A DNA stretch of 64,000 nucleotides from Candidatus Enterousia sp. (GCA_045606425.1 JAZURV010000002.1:22706-86705), one strand, 5' to 3'. Numbered from the stretch's first letter, positions 10,153-20,773 are shown. Program-made: numbers and translations. Notes: generated from the letters alone by a model not told the origin.

Positions 10153-11113
10153 CGGGAATTACTTTTATGTATTGCGGAACTTTTACACTTGCGGGTGTTT
10201 GTTCTTGTTCTAATTCTGGATTTTGCGACACTTTTAACTTATTACTTGTTGGGATCAACACTGAATCAACTGTTTCTTTCCACATATCAATCCATGTATT
10301 TACCATACATAAATAATAATGAAATTCTGCATCATTATTCGCAACATCATGCATTTTTGCACTGTTATCACCTGATAAATCATTCAAACATTCCTTGTTT
10401 TTAATAGCATGTAACATACTGGTATTAACATTATCTCGAACTATTTTTGTCCAGTGTCTCATATATAAATATCGCATATCTTTATTTGGTTTGGAGACCC
10501 AGTGATTATCTATAAATTCAAAACTTTGGTTCATTAATCCCTTGTTTTTTACAGAATGTAAAAAAGATAAGAAACTATGCGAAAAAGAGTTTAAATCTTT
10601 GTATACCCATGGTATTTCATTTATAAAAAGTTCTTCCATTAACAAAAAATCAATGAATTTATACACTATTCTAAAATTATCAGCCAAAAAATTTTCTGGC
10701 GTCAATTGTGTAATAACAGGAGTGTATACAAAATCATTTGATGCATCTGGTTTAAAAAAATCAATTGATAAAAATCCTGGTCCCATAATATTTTGAAAAT
10801 TTCGTACACACATGATTAATTCTATAAAAGACGCCCTAAATTCTATGAATTTTTGTTGCTTATACTTCAAAAAAAATTCATCCGCCCATTGTTGTTTTTG
10901 AATATCAATTTGTTGTTGAATTTGTGTTGCATGTTTTTTATTGGCTCTAACGGCAGCCCATAACGAAAACATAGAAATTACAGCCATGGCAATAGTTGCC
11001 CAACCAGAAATATCTATCTTGCTTGGTTCGTATATCAATGGTAACTGCAAACTATTAGAAACATCCATAACATGTCTTATCAAATCAGTGCTACCTACAT
11101 TATAATCAAACAT
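10139..11113 (-). CDS. Hypothetical protein with one N-terminal TM helix
   Basis: 324-aa ORF with hydrophobic WATIAMAVISMFSLWAAV; overlaps the integrase start. Confidence 0.6.
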   Translation of the reverse strand: MFDYNVGSTDLIRHVMDVSNSLQLPLIYEPSKIDISGWATIAMAVISMFSLWAAVRANKKHATQIQQQIDIQKQQWADEFFLKYKQQKFIEFRASFIELIMCVRNFQNIMGPGFLSIDFFKPDASNDFVYTPVITQLTPENFLADNFRIVYKFIDFLLMEELFINEIPWVYKDLNSFSHSFLSFLHSVKNKGLMNQSFEFIDNHWVSKPNKDMRYLYMRHWTKIVRDNVNTSMLHAIKNKECLNDLSGDNSAKMHDVANNDAEFHYYLCMVNTWIDMWKETVDSVLIPTSNKLKVSQNPELEQEQTPASVKVPQYIKVIPDEQE

Positions 11114-11320
11114 TCTTTTCCTTTTTTGTTATTTATGCCATTGTAAAAGATGTTCTAACCCGTGACACATCCATACGTCATTTTGCTACCCATTTGCTAC
11201 CAACGGCATTTTTTGTTACCAATTTTTGTTATTCTTGATTAATCGATTTGTAGCACATAACCCGCAGAATATCAAGCAAAAATTAAAATTATTAAACTTT
11301 ATTAAAACCGTCAAAAAAGC

Positions 11321-11340
11321 ACTGTTAATCCGTATGTCGC
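11321..11340 (+). other. tRNA-Asn(GTT) fragment, probable att core
   Basis: ACTGTTAATCCGTATGTCGC matches the anticodon loop to variable region of a bacterial tRNA-Asn. TTTGCTACC/TTTGTTACC arm-like repeats at 11182-11221. Confidence 0.55.
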
Positions 11341-11887
11341 GTTGCCTGGTAAATTACACACAAAAACTGCGGATTTTTGGGAAAACCTGATAAAATATCG
11401 ATTGTTTATAAAAGCATAAAAACGCCTATTTTTACAAAAACATAACTAAACACACGGACCAGTCCGTGTACTACGACAAAACACACTCATAAAACTAGCA
11501 GAAAACTGGCGCTGTAGTTCGTATGTCTGCTAAAAATTTTCTCCATTTATGACTGAATACCAACATAAAAACAAAAATCTACATATTAGCTACACAAAGC
11601 ACATTACACAACATATACAATAAAAAACACGCTTCATAGGGCGTGTCATTCAAAAAAACGGACCAACGCTATATCACATCACCATTATTAAATCATCACT
11701 AGCATAGCCATTTATACTGATTTAAGCAAGGTATTTTGTTAAAATACGACACATTTGTTACACATATAAACATATTGATTTTTTTGTTGTTTTGTGATAC
11801 AATATTCTCAACTTTAAAGGCACATTTTGTGCCGTTTTTTATTGCTCGCTTCTTGCGGGCTTTTTTATTTAACAAAGGGGTTTTTAT

Positions 11888-12553
11888 ATGAGTGATATGT
11901 GGGAAGGTGCCACTTGGAATGAAAATGGTGCCGTAAAACCCGGTCATTGGACAGAAGTAAAAATAAATGAAGAATTAAAAAAGAAAATTATTATGAAAAA
12001 TGTACTTACTAAAAAATTTAAAGAAGACGTTTTGAAATTTGAAGGGATTAAACAACATTTTTATTTAGATTCTAAAAATATTCTTACAGTGGGCATTGGT
12101 CAAAATATTAGTGAATTAAATAAATTCAAAGAGTTAAACATATTAGACACACAAACAGGTAATGTGTTAGATGAGCATCAAAAAGAACAATTGTATTCTC
12201 AAATTATGCAAGAGATATCTGACAATACCTTTAAAGAAAAAAACTATTCTAATTTAGAGATATCAAAAAATGACATTTACAATCAATTTAATACAATGTT
12301 AGAAAAATCTTATAACGAACTAGAACAAAAAATAGAAAACTTTAACGATTTTCCTATATCAGTTAAGCAAGCTTTAGTTGATATGCAATTTAATATGGGA
12401 AACAAAAAATTTTCTGATAACAATTGGCCAAAGTTATTTCAAGCGATTGATAATCGCGATTGGCAAACTGCGGCAAAAGAAGCGAGCCAAAGAAAAGATG
12501 TCCAAAAATCAAGACGCGAATGGACTTATAAAATGTTTATAGATGCCAAATAG
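11888..12553 (+). CDS. T4-type lysozyme (GH24-like) domain protein
   Basis: FEGIKQHFYLDSKNILTVGIG (E-x8-D-x5-T), ALVDMQFNMG, AIDNRDWQTAAKE. Confidence 0.8.
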   Translation: MSDMWEGATWNENGAVKPGHWTEVKINEELKKKIIMKNVLTKKFKEDVLKFEGIKQHFYLDSKNILTVGIGQNISELNKFKELNILDTQTGNVLDEHQKEQLYSQIMQEISDNTFKEKNYSNLEISKNDIYNQFNTMLEKSYNELEQKIENFNDFPISVKQALVDMQFNMGNKKFSDNNWPKLFQAIDNRDWQTAAKEASQRKDVQKSRREWTYKMFIDAK

Positions 12554-12557
12554 AAAT

Positions 12558-13516
12558 TTACCTGATAAATATATCTTGCAAAATTATCATAGATGCTGTC
12601 ATACGGGCATAATTGGCAGCATCTTTGTTATTCATTTTCAAAGACGCTTCATAATATTGTTTAATGGAATCTATCATTTTGTTATACACCCATTCTAAAT
12701 CAGGATGCTTATAAATTTCTTTTTCCAATTCATACGCAAAAAATTTTGTTGTTTTGTCATTATCTATACCGGTTTGTTGAATATGCAATTCTTCAAATTT
12801 ATTTGTTTTAAAATAATGTGCGGGATATGTTAACATATATACAAAATCGTGATATCTTGTTCGCGTAAAACCAAATCGCATAGTACCTTCTGTTTCAGGT
12901 TCTTTATTTAAATTTTGTAAAAATATATAGTCTTTTAGATTAGCAATATCATCTATATTTACGATATCATATGGATTAAAATTATCGCATAATGTCGGTA
13001 TACTTGCATCTCTGGAACTGCCAAAATAGCCGTCTATGATGCCGATTGCTTTTTCATTTTCTTGTACCATATCTATATGAACACACGGTAATGTCATTTG
13101 ATAAATAATTGTTGCTTCTTCTAGATTATTTACAATAATCGGTATTTCATCCTGATAATATTGAAAATAACAAAAATTATCATAATGTCCATGATATTCG
13201 TCACAATCTTGCCATATTGCTTTTTTAGCGGCAATCAATAAATTATTTGCTTTGTTTATATCTTTATATTCACTATCTGTTAAATAAATATACGACAGAT
13301 ACAACATTGCATCTATTTGTTCGTATGTTAACGAAGCTGTTTCGAGAGAGACGACATTATCAAGAAGTTGTTCTCATAGTATTTAACAGCTTGCTTTTTA
13401 TCAGTCCATTTAAAACAACCTGTTTCGCGACATACAGGTTCTATTTCAACAGATTTATCTTGTGCTGAACATCCCAGTAACACAGAAAAAATTATGTACA
13501 AGCAATATTTTTTCAT
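12558..13516 (-). pseudogene. Frameshifted lipoprotein (13328..13516 plus 12558..13307)
   Basis: Lipobox VLLGC in the 5' ORF. The frame of the downstream ORF is open from about 13373 and overlaps the 5' ORF. Confidence 0.5.
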
Positions 13517-13592
13517 GTTCTGTATGATAATTTAATATGTACCCATAGTCAATTGTTTTATTTTTACAATAATAATATTTATACTGTGATGT

Positions 13593-13937
13593 GTGAACAA
13601 GATTTTGTTGTTTTTTGCGTTCTTAATCGGCTGTAGTTCTGCTAACAGTCAATCATGTGATTTATGTGGCAACTGGTCCTTTGATAGGTTCGAATATGCT
13701 GGATATATAACTACAGATTGCAAAAGTGCTGCTCAGTATTTTTATAAAAATGCGTATATTAAAATAGATGTTCGCAATTTTACTGTTGGCGAATATGATT
13801 TGGAAGAGAACGCTCAAGAACTTTTTGTAAAAACCAATGATGATTTAACAGAAAAATTTTATTTATCAAATCAAGATTCTATTTATATTTTATCAGACGG
13901 TTGTCGTTTCTATTTTAAAAAAATGGACATGATTTGA
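13593..13937 (+). CDS. Small lipoprotein, hypothetical
   Basis: MNKILLFFAFLIGC lipobox. Confidence 0.55.
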   Translation: MNKILLFFAFLIGCSSANSQSCDLCGNWSFDRFEYAGYITTDCKSAAQYFYKNAYIKIDVRNFTVGEYDLEENAQELFVKTNDDLTEKFYLSNQDSIYILSDGCRFYFKKMDMI

Positions 13938-13959
13938 TTATCAATGTAGAATATTAACC

Positions 13960-14301
13960 ATGAAACAAAAAATGTACCTTTTTATGTATATAATTGCCGG
14001 ATTTTTATTCGGCACTTTATATACTCTTTTGTGTGATTTAGCTTACTTTGGTAGAATCGCTAAATATGAAAGCATCTGGATAAACATATATCCCCGCATG
14101 AACGGAAATCAACAACAGGTTTGGATGGCAAATAATGATATTTTTTGCATATTTATAATTCTTGGATTGTTGACGTGGATTATTTATGTTCTTGCACCTA
14201 TTTATAGGGAAAAGGTATTTTTTATTCCTTTATTGGGCGTGCCAGTATTTTTTATAACACAATTTATGTTATGTTCGGTTTTAAGAATAATTTGTTTATA
14301 G
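13960..14301 (+). CDS. Small membrane protein (3 TM)
   Basis: Three hydrophobic segments. Confidence 0.5.
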   Translation: MKQKMYLFMYIIAGFLFGTLYTLLCDLAYFGRIAKYESIWINIYPRMNGNQQQVWMANNDIFCIFIILGLLTWIIYVLAPIYREKVFFIPLLGVPVFFITQFMLCSVLRIICL

Positions 14302-14403
14302 CACCACAATTCCTTGCTTTTACAACGGAAGTTATGTGGTTGTTACCTGTTTGCCATTGAACATTTTTTACACATAAGATAAATCATTGCTATTTAATGC
14401 TTA

Positions 14404-14850
14404 ATGGGCTATTTTTATACTGATATGACAAAGATATTCACGATTGGTTTTAGTGGCAAAAGTCCAGAAGCATTTCTGGACGTGTTGAACGCAGCGCGCA
14501 TAAGTTGTGTGTGGGATATTCGCCAATGGCGAACCAGTACATATGTTCCGTATTATAACGGTGATAATTTGGCGAATGTTTTGGGAAATCGCTATGAATA
14601 CCATCCGGAATTTGCACCAACCGCTGATATTTTGGCGGGATATAAAGATAAAAAAATTACATGGTCTGAATACGAAAAAAGGTATCGCGAATTATTGCAA
14701 AACCGCAATCCGTTGCAAAATTGCAATATATCTGAACTTGATAGAATATGTTTACTGTGCACAGAAAAGACCGCCATACAGTGCCATCGTCGATTAGCGG
14801 CAGAATACATTGCAGAAATATTACCAGATATTGAAATTACGCATTTATAA
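14404..14850 (+). CDS. DUF488 family protein
   Basis: IFTIGFSGKS...WDIR...CLLCTEK...CHRRLAAE. Confidence 0.8.
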   Translation: MGYFYTDMTKIFTIGFSGKSPEAFLDVLNAARISCVWDIRQWRTSTYVPYYNGDNLANVLGNRYEYHPEFAPTADILAGYKDKKITWSEYEKRYRELLQNRNPLQNCNISELDRICLLCTEKTAIQCHRRLAAEYIAEILPDIEITHL

Positions 14851-14949
14851 AAACACCAGAAAAAGGCAGAAATCTGCGGTTTTCTGTTTTTTTCAAAAAA
14901 AATCTGATTTGTGTTATAATCAACCTGAAAGAAAGAAGGCGGAAAAAAA

Positions 14950-15234
14950 ATGAAGAAGGTTTTTAGCATATCTGTTATTGCAGCTTTAGCAATTTTACCA
15001 ATGGTGGCAAACACTGAAACTGGCGACATTGTCGCAGGGGCACCTAAGACCGCAGCCAGTGAATCACAGGCAGAAAACACCGTTACTGCAGGCGAAGGTC
15101 CAAAGTATGCTTTGTCCGTGGAATCCGCCAAAGACAGCACACAAATCACGAAAAAAAATTTTAATACAAAGCATTTTTTAGTATATTTTTCTGACGAAAA
15201 AAGTCAAAACAAAAGTCTTGATTTGTTTTGCTGA
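14950..15234 (+). CDS. Short secreted protein, possibly a truncated gene fragment
   Basis: Signal peptide MKKVFSISVIAALAILPMVA; C-terminus degenerates into AT-rich sequence. Confidence 0.4.
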   Translation: MKKVFSISVIAALAILPMVANTETGDIVAGAPKTAASESQAENTVTAGEGPKYALSVESAKDSTQITKKNFNTKHFLVYFSDEKSQNKSLDLFC

Positions 15235-15253
15235 ATCATGCCATAATTTAATC

Positions 15254-17797
15254 ATGCAGAGAATGTTATTTCTTTTGTTTGCCCTGTTTTTGCCGGCAAA
15301 TGTGTTTGCCGCGGTGACATGCTCTAGCATAGGAACATATAAAAGCGGCCAGGATATAACACCTTTTCTAAAAAGCGGCCCTATACAATGTTCAAGCCAA
15401 TCATCTATAGTAATGAGTCCTTTTGAACTAGCGGTAGGGGGGTACAATTGTCCTGGAAATTATGCAGCGACCAAGGCTATGTTGCAGGAAAATCCTGATT
15501 TAGCAAAATCCATGAGTTATCATCATGAACACGACAGTACATATCAGTACTCACAACACGATGTGCCTATGATAGCCGTCGCTATCATGGCATGTTGCAA
15601 TAATAGGTGTGGCAGTAATAGACAAAGCGACATTGTAAAATTGCTGATAGATAACGGCGCCGATATAAATTATAAAATTGGCAACCCTTTTATAGCGACA
15701 AAAGGCACACTTTTAGACTATGTAAAATACTATCCCACACAATCCGGTTTTTGTGCAAAAGATTCCGATATCAGCGAATGCACAAAGATAGAACAACTGT
15801 TGCGGGAACACGGTGCAAAAACAGTGGCAGAATTGGACGCCGAACAAAACACAACAACTGCGAACGCCCCGGCACCCAACAATAACAATTCTGATACAGA
15901 CATAAAAACACTTACCCCAAGCGCCGCCGGCGATGGTGTCGGCTTTTCTGCGACACAATCCCCAGAAATTACCGCAACAGTTGCTGGGATTGCAACACCA
16001 GATGGGCTGAACATAGAACAGGCACCCACACAGAACAATAAAAACACAACCGATACTAATAACGAAAAAGATACAGACACATTATCCGATGACAGTGACG
16101 ATGATGATGACAACACACTGGCAGAAAAACAAAAGGCGTATGACGAAGCACACGAAAAAGAACAATCGTTTGCCAATCGGACACTGACTGCATTGACTAC
16201 TGCTGCAACTGGCATTGGCGGAATGGAATTGGCACGCGGACTGGCTGAACAATCCGCAGACAAAGACGCCGCGGCAGACATGGCGGCATATATTGCAACT
16301 ATGCATTGTGATTATGCCGATGGACAACAGGTCAAATATGGTCCAGACGAAATCGAATTGCCAGGTGGCAATAACCAGGAAATGATGAACCTGCGCTCAC
16401 AATATCTGGCGTTGGCTGCCGATTTGAAAGAACGAAAAACTGCACTGGGTATGAAACCAGGTATCGAAAGCGAAGAAATCGGTGACAAAACACAAACCGG
16501 ACTGTATGACGACGAAAGCATCGGTATAACCAGTGGCAATTATGCGTCGCTTTATCGTGCCCAGGTTTTGGGGTCTGAAAGTGACCAGGCGCAAATCGAC
16601 GATGCTGCGGCGGCATCTAAACGCCGTGTTATTGGTGGCGCAGTTGCCGCCGGCGCAGGTGTTGTTGGTGGATTTGTTGGAAATGCGCTGATAAATGGAA
16701 AATCAGAAAAAGAAAAACAACAAGATAATAACGATATAAAATCTGAACCAAAAGAAGCACTGAAAAAATTGCAACAAGTACTTAAAAACGGTGGCGCAAA
16801 AAACACAGATAAATTAAAATTTAATTATTTTGACCCCGGCATTTTACACCTGGGGGGCATCGATTCCAACGGCACAGAATGGAAAGAAAAGGTAAACGGC
16901 AAAGACGCAACACGTTTGTTTGTGGACACTGCGGATACATCTAAGATAAAGGAATCTTTGATTAAAAACTTTGGGCAGAATTTGACAGCAGTGTTATTAA
17001 ATGAAACACAAAATGACACCCCTGCCCCAACCGCAACACAGGCAAATTCAACAAATACTGTTGTGACATCTGCGGCTGAACCTGATACCCCCCGCCCCAA
17101 CAACGACCAAACGCAATTAAATTCTGATGATGAAGTAAAAACACTTACCCCAAGCGCCGCCGGCGATGGTGTCGGCTTTTCTGCGATACAATCCCCAGAA
17201 ATTACAGGAACAGTTGCAGGAATTGCGACACCGGCTGCTTTGACCATAGACGCCACCAAAAACCGGGATACCACGGCAACAACAAAAACCACCACAAACA
17301 ATACAAAACCTGCGCCAGCACAACAAGAACAACAAAAATCACAAACAAAAACACAGCCCACGACCAATACAAAAAAGAACACCGGAACAAAATCAAAAAC
17401 AGACATGAAGAATTTTAAAGAAGTTCAGGTTTCTTTGGACCAGGGCAAAAAACTGATAGAATTATGGGCTAAACAAAACGGCAAAAAAGACCTTAAGTAT
17501 GCATCCGCAGATACAAGCACTTTCGGTCAAGATTTTATAACATATCAAGACGCCGGCCACGAATATATATTTGAATTTGACGACCTTAGAGAAGCGGACC
17601 CCACAGTACAGGCAGAAGGCGTCGCACGCGCAGTGTGTTTGATTTACAAGGGGGTTTTTACATCGCACGGTGTGACTTTGGAATGCGCAACAAAACAAAG
17701 CTGTGAACAGTGGAAAAAAACGGTAAAAACTATGGCATCGCGGGCCCAGGATTCAACAGACAAAACAAATCAGTGTATTTTGAAAGTAAGATTATAA
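15254..17797 (+). CDS. Large secreted/surface protein with ankyrin-like segment, Thr-rich linkers and glycine-zipper-like helices
   Basis: Signal peptide MQRMLFLLFALFLPANVFA; IVKLLIDNGADIN ankyrin-like segment; GGAVAAGAGVVGG; internal duplication. Confidence 0.7.
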   Translation: MQRMLFLLFALFLPANVFAAVTCSSIGTYKSGQDITPFLKSGPIQCSSQSSIVMSPFELAVGGYNCPGNYAATKAMLQENPDLAKSMSYHHEHDSTYQYSQHDVPMIAVAIMACCNNRCGSNRQSDIVKLLIDNGADINYKIGNPFIATKGTLLDYVKYYPTQSGFCAKDSDISECTKIEQLLREHGAKTVAELDAEQNTTTANAPAPNNNNSDTDIKTLTPSAAGDGVGFSATQSPEITATVAGIATPDGLNIEQAPTQNNKNTTDTNNEKDTDTLSDDSDDDDDNTLAEKQKAYDEAHEKEQSFANRTLTALTTAATGIGGMELARGLAEQSADKDAAADMAAYIATMHCDYADGQQVKYGPDEIELPGGNNQEMMNLRSQYLALAADLKERKTALGMKPGIESEEIGDKTQTGLYDDESIGITSGNYASLYRAQVLGSESDQAQIDDAAAASKRRVIGGAVAAGAGVVGGFVGNALINGKSEKEKQQDNNDIKSEPKEALKKLQQVLKNGGAKNTDKLKFNYFDPGILHLGGIDSNGTEWKEKVNGKDATRLFVDTADTSKIKESLIKNFGQNLTAVLLNETQNDTPAPTATQANSTNTVVTSAAEPDTPRPNNDQTQLNSDDEVKTLTPSAAGDGVGFSAIQSPEITGTVAGIATPAALTIDATKNRDTTATTKTTTNNTKPAPAQQEQQKSQTKTQPTTNTKKNTGTKSKTDMKNFKEVQVSLDQGKKLIELWAKQNGKKDLKYASADTSTFGQDFITYQDAGHEYIFEFDDLREADPTVQAEGVARAVCLIYKGVFTSHGVTLECATKQSCEQWKKTVKTMASRAQDSTDKTNQCILKVRL
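15903..17232 (+). repeat. 97-bp intragenic direct repeat (15903-15999 / 17136-17232)
   Basis: Near-identical copies encoding KTLTPSAAGDGVGFSA(T/I)QSPEIT(A/G)TVAGIATP. Confidence 0.9.
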
Positions 17798-17808
17798 ATT
17801 CAACAAAC

Positions 17809-17838
17809 AAAAACACCGACAATCGTCGGTGTTTTTTT
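17809..17838. terminator. Bidirectional intrinsic terminator
   Basis: AAAACACCGAC-AATC-GTCGGTGTTTTTTT between convergent genes. Confidence 0.8.
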
Positions 17839-18760
17839 ATTTTATCAAAGACACTATATACACCGCATACAATCCCAAAAACAACAATCCATTTATTCGT
17901 GTCAATTTTCCATCGCGAACCACAAACAACCACAGCAACACCGTCGCCACAATCCCCCACACAGAATCAACCAAAAATGCACCATCAAACGGGATTGGTT
18001 TTATCAGACCTGTCACGCCCAACACAAACAAAATATTAAATATATTTGAACCAATGATGTTTCCAATCGCGATATCAGAACGCTTTTTTATTGCTGCGAC
18101 GATACAGGTCACTAATTCTGGCAAACTGGTACCGAACGCAATTATCGTCAGCCCTATAACGCGTTCAGAAACATTTAATGCGCGCGCAATATCAACCGCT
18201 GAATTGACTGTCAATTTTGCACCAACAACCAATGCGGCAATTCCGAACACAATATATGCCCCTATTTTTATCGCTGATGTTTTTTCAGGTTTGTCCTGGC
18301 GCTGTGTTTGCCGATTAGCAATAACGAACAAATACCCCAGAAAACACGCGAACAAACCACACAGAATCAGCGCACCCGCACGCGATACCATTCCGTATTG
18401 CCACCCCATAAACATCAACAAAACGGATATAAAAACAACAAAAGGGATTTCATATAAAATCGTATTTTTTTGGACAGACAAATTTGATATCAGGGCGCTG
18501 ACCCCCAAAATCAGCAAAATATTCGCGATATTTGACCCCAAAATATTACCGACCCCAACACCTGATGCGCCCTGAATCACAGACGATATAGACACTGCCG
18601 CTTCTGGTGCACTGGTTCCGCATGCAACAACCGTCAATCCGATGATGATTTCCGGTATTCTGAACCGCCGCGCCAGCGCACACGAACCGTCAACCAAAAC
18701 ATCTGCGCCCTTAGCCAGAAATAAAAAACCAATAATTAAAAGTATAAAATTTATGACCAT
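17837..18760 (-). CDS. Ca2+/Na+ antiporter (YrbG family)
   Basis: GTSAPE / GTSLPE alpha repeats; GNILGSNIANI. Confidence 0.9.
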   Translation of the reverse strand: MVINFILLIIGFLFLAKGADVLVDGSCALARRFRIPEIIIGLTVVACGTSAPEAAVSISSVIQGASGVGVGNILGSNIANILLILGVSALISNLSVQKNTILYEIPFVVFISVLLMFMGWQYGMVSRAGALILCGLFACFLGYLFVIANRQTQRQDKPEKTSAIKIGAYIVFGIAALVVGAKLTVNSAVDIARALNVSERVIGLTIIAFGTSLPELVTCIVAAIKKRSDIAIGNIIGSNIFNILFVLGVTGLIKPIPFDGAFLVDSVWGIVATVLLWLFVVRDGKLTRINGLLFLGLYAVYIVSLIK

Positions 18761-18963
18761 GTTTTCCCCCTTTCCGATTTTATAAAAAAACACAGAATTC
18801 AATCAAGCGTTTTTTAATTTCCCGAAAAACCTAGGCATTTATACAATTTGTGTTGGGGGCTGTTTTTTTTGCATAATTATCATGTGAATTTGGGTATTAA
18901 AAATAAACATTTTGTTTTCCAATTCAAACACCAAGTAAGAAAATATCCAAATTCACATTTAAC

Positions 18964-20430
18964 CTAGTTAAATGTCCAACCGGTAAAAATTTTCCCGTTG
19001 ATATGCTGTGCCCGTTTTGGCGTGCGAATGTCACCATCATAGGTGACTGAACCTGCATTATTCGCATCTATATCCGATTGGTCTGCATTGTCCCATGTTA
19101 TGTTTATTGTGTTTGCTGTGCATACCGACGCACCCGCCCCCGACGAATATCCCGTTGCACATGATTCAATCCCCTGATTTGCGGACGCATCGAACGAATA
19201 AATTCCGCCAGTACAATATTTCCCCGCCGGACATTCAACACAAGAATCGTAATATTGTGGTAAATATTCACCTGCCACACAGGTTTGCGGCGTCGGGTCA
19301 TAACACGAAACCCGTTCGTTCCAAAAATCTTCATACCCTGTTATGTATTGCGTTGTACCAGATGGACAGTTCTTATCTAAACCCGTACCATCAAAAACAT
19401 ACGACCATGCGGAACCCAAATTACCGCTTCCGTTTTCTATCAATCCCCGAAACATTGATGTCGGAACATACCCGGTTATTTTCAAACAAAACCGGAAAGT
19501 ACCAGCGAATATTCCAGATTCTGCCCGTGTTACACTGGCAAATAAATTCTCTGGCAAAGATGTCAAACCGTAACATTCTGTAAAAGTGGCATAAAACGCG
19601 TTTCCGTTGGTAGTTACGGATGTAGAATCTTTGATATGACTGAACAGTCCTGAAGGTATATTTTTTAAAGCTGTACAGTGTACAAAAGTGCCGTAAAATA
19701 TGCCATATGAAAGATACGGCACGCTTTTAAATAAATTCTCCGGAATGTTTTGTAAGCGAACGCAATTATGAAAAGTATAACTAAACGCCCCATTCGCTGG
19801 TTGCCCGGATAAATCTGAAAAAAGATTTTCTGGTATTTCGATTAAATTGCTGCAATCTTTAAATGCATACGAAAAACTGGCTGTATTTACACCAGAAAAC
19901 AAATCCGATGGCAAAGATGTCAAAGCATTGGCATTGGCAAACACCGCAAAAAAACTTGGGTATTTTGTGTCGTTTCTTCCATACGATTTAAAAATTTCAC
20001 CCAAACTGCCACTTATATTAGTTATTAAATCTGGTCGTAAAACAGAATTATTCGGTGTGTGTGTACCAAAAACAATACAGCCATCGTTTCCGGAAGAAGA
20101 ATACCCGGTTGCCAATCCTGCAAAACGAATTGTTTGTGCGGACGGCGAATCCCAATTGCATGTATATGTTGCCACGGTCGTGTTGGTGCGCGTAATTGTC
20201 TTGCCAGAAATATCATCGGAACTGCTGGTCAATGTTCCGCCATTTCCACAATCAACATAGAAAGTCCCCTGTGCCGTCATGGTAAATTTGAACACATCTG
20301 TTTCAGATGTTGTGACGCTGAATTTGCTTTCGACACAGTTTGACCCGATATCTATTTCATTTGTTTCGCATGCAATAACTGGCGCGACAAATACGAATAT
20401 CGCACACAAAACAGATATCAAATATTTCAT
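18964..20430 (-). CDS. Secreted BspA-like leucine-rich-repeat protein with Cys-rich stalk
   Basis: Signal peptide; LxxIPENLF..FxxTFxxC repeats; C-terminus shared with 31374..33170. Confidence 0.8.
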   Translation of the reverse strand: MKYLISVLCAIFVFVAPVIACETNEIDIGSNCVESKFSVTTSETDVFKFTMTAQGTFYVDCGNGGTLTSSSDDISGKTITRTNTTVATYTCNWDSPSAQTIRFAGLATGYSSSGNDGCIVFGTHTPNNSVLRPDLITNISGSLGEIFKSYGRNDTKYPSFFAVFANANALTSLPSDLFSGVNTASFSYAFKDCSNLIEIPENLFSDLSGQPANGAFSYTFHNCVRLQNIPENLFKSVPYLSYGIFYGTFVHCTALKNIPSGLFSHIKDSTSVTTNGNAFYATFTECYGLTSLPENLFASVTRAESGIFAGTFRFCLKITGYVPTSMFRGLIENGSGNLGSAWSYVFDGTGLDKNCPSGTTQYITGYEDFWNERVSCYDPTPQTCVAGEYLPQYYDSCVECPAGKYCTGGIYSFDASANQGIESCATGYSSGAGASVCTANTINITWDNADQSDIDANNAGSVTYDGDIRTPKRAQHINGKIFTGWTFN

Positions 20431-20477
20431 TATCCCCCCCCGTTTCGACAAATCAAAAAACCACCAGAAAAAAAAAT

Positions 20478-20636
20478 CAGGCGGTTGGAGGTTAGAAACA
20501 ATTTAAGTCGAAATTGCGCCGTTTATTCATTATATTCACAGCCCTCCAACCTGAATTTGTTGGAGTTTTAACGTCAACATGGACGCGACTTAAACGAGGT
20601 TTCTAAGCCCCATCAGAAAAACAATTCCTGACAAAC
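20478..20636 (-). ncRNA. C4-antisense-like structured leader (copy A)
   Basis: Homologous to 31087-31271; AGGTTGGAGG/CCTCCAACC stem and covarying seed pairs. Confidence 0.6.
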
Positions 20637-20773
20637 ACATATTATCAAAAAACACCCTGTGATACAAGATATTTTTATACATTCGTCTATAATAATCATA
20701 AAAAACATAATTTTTTCTTGATTTTTGTTTTTTTTATGTCAAAATATTCCCCGAACGCAAAAAAAGCAGTTCT

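Larger units (their letters stand above)
1..11340. mobile_element. Integrative element / phage-satellite-like island (right part)
   Basis: Tyrosine integrase, Xis-like HTH, rep-like HTH with iterons, TerS-like gene and defence cargo. Arm-like repeats at 11182-11221 and tRNA-Asn fragment at 11321-11340. Confidence 0.75.

Noticed and set aside
15713-18575. Numerous overlapping antisense ORFs (e.g. 15730..16281, 16825..17406, 17829..18575)
   Set aside because: Shadows of long genes on the opposite strand; the same applies to most short overlapping ORFs in the track.
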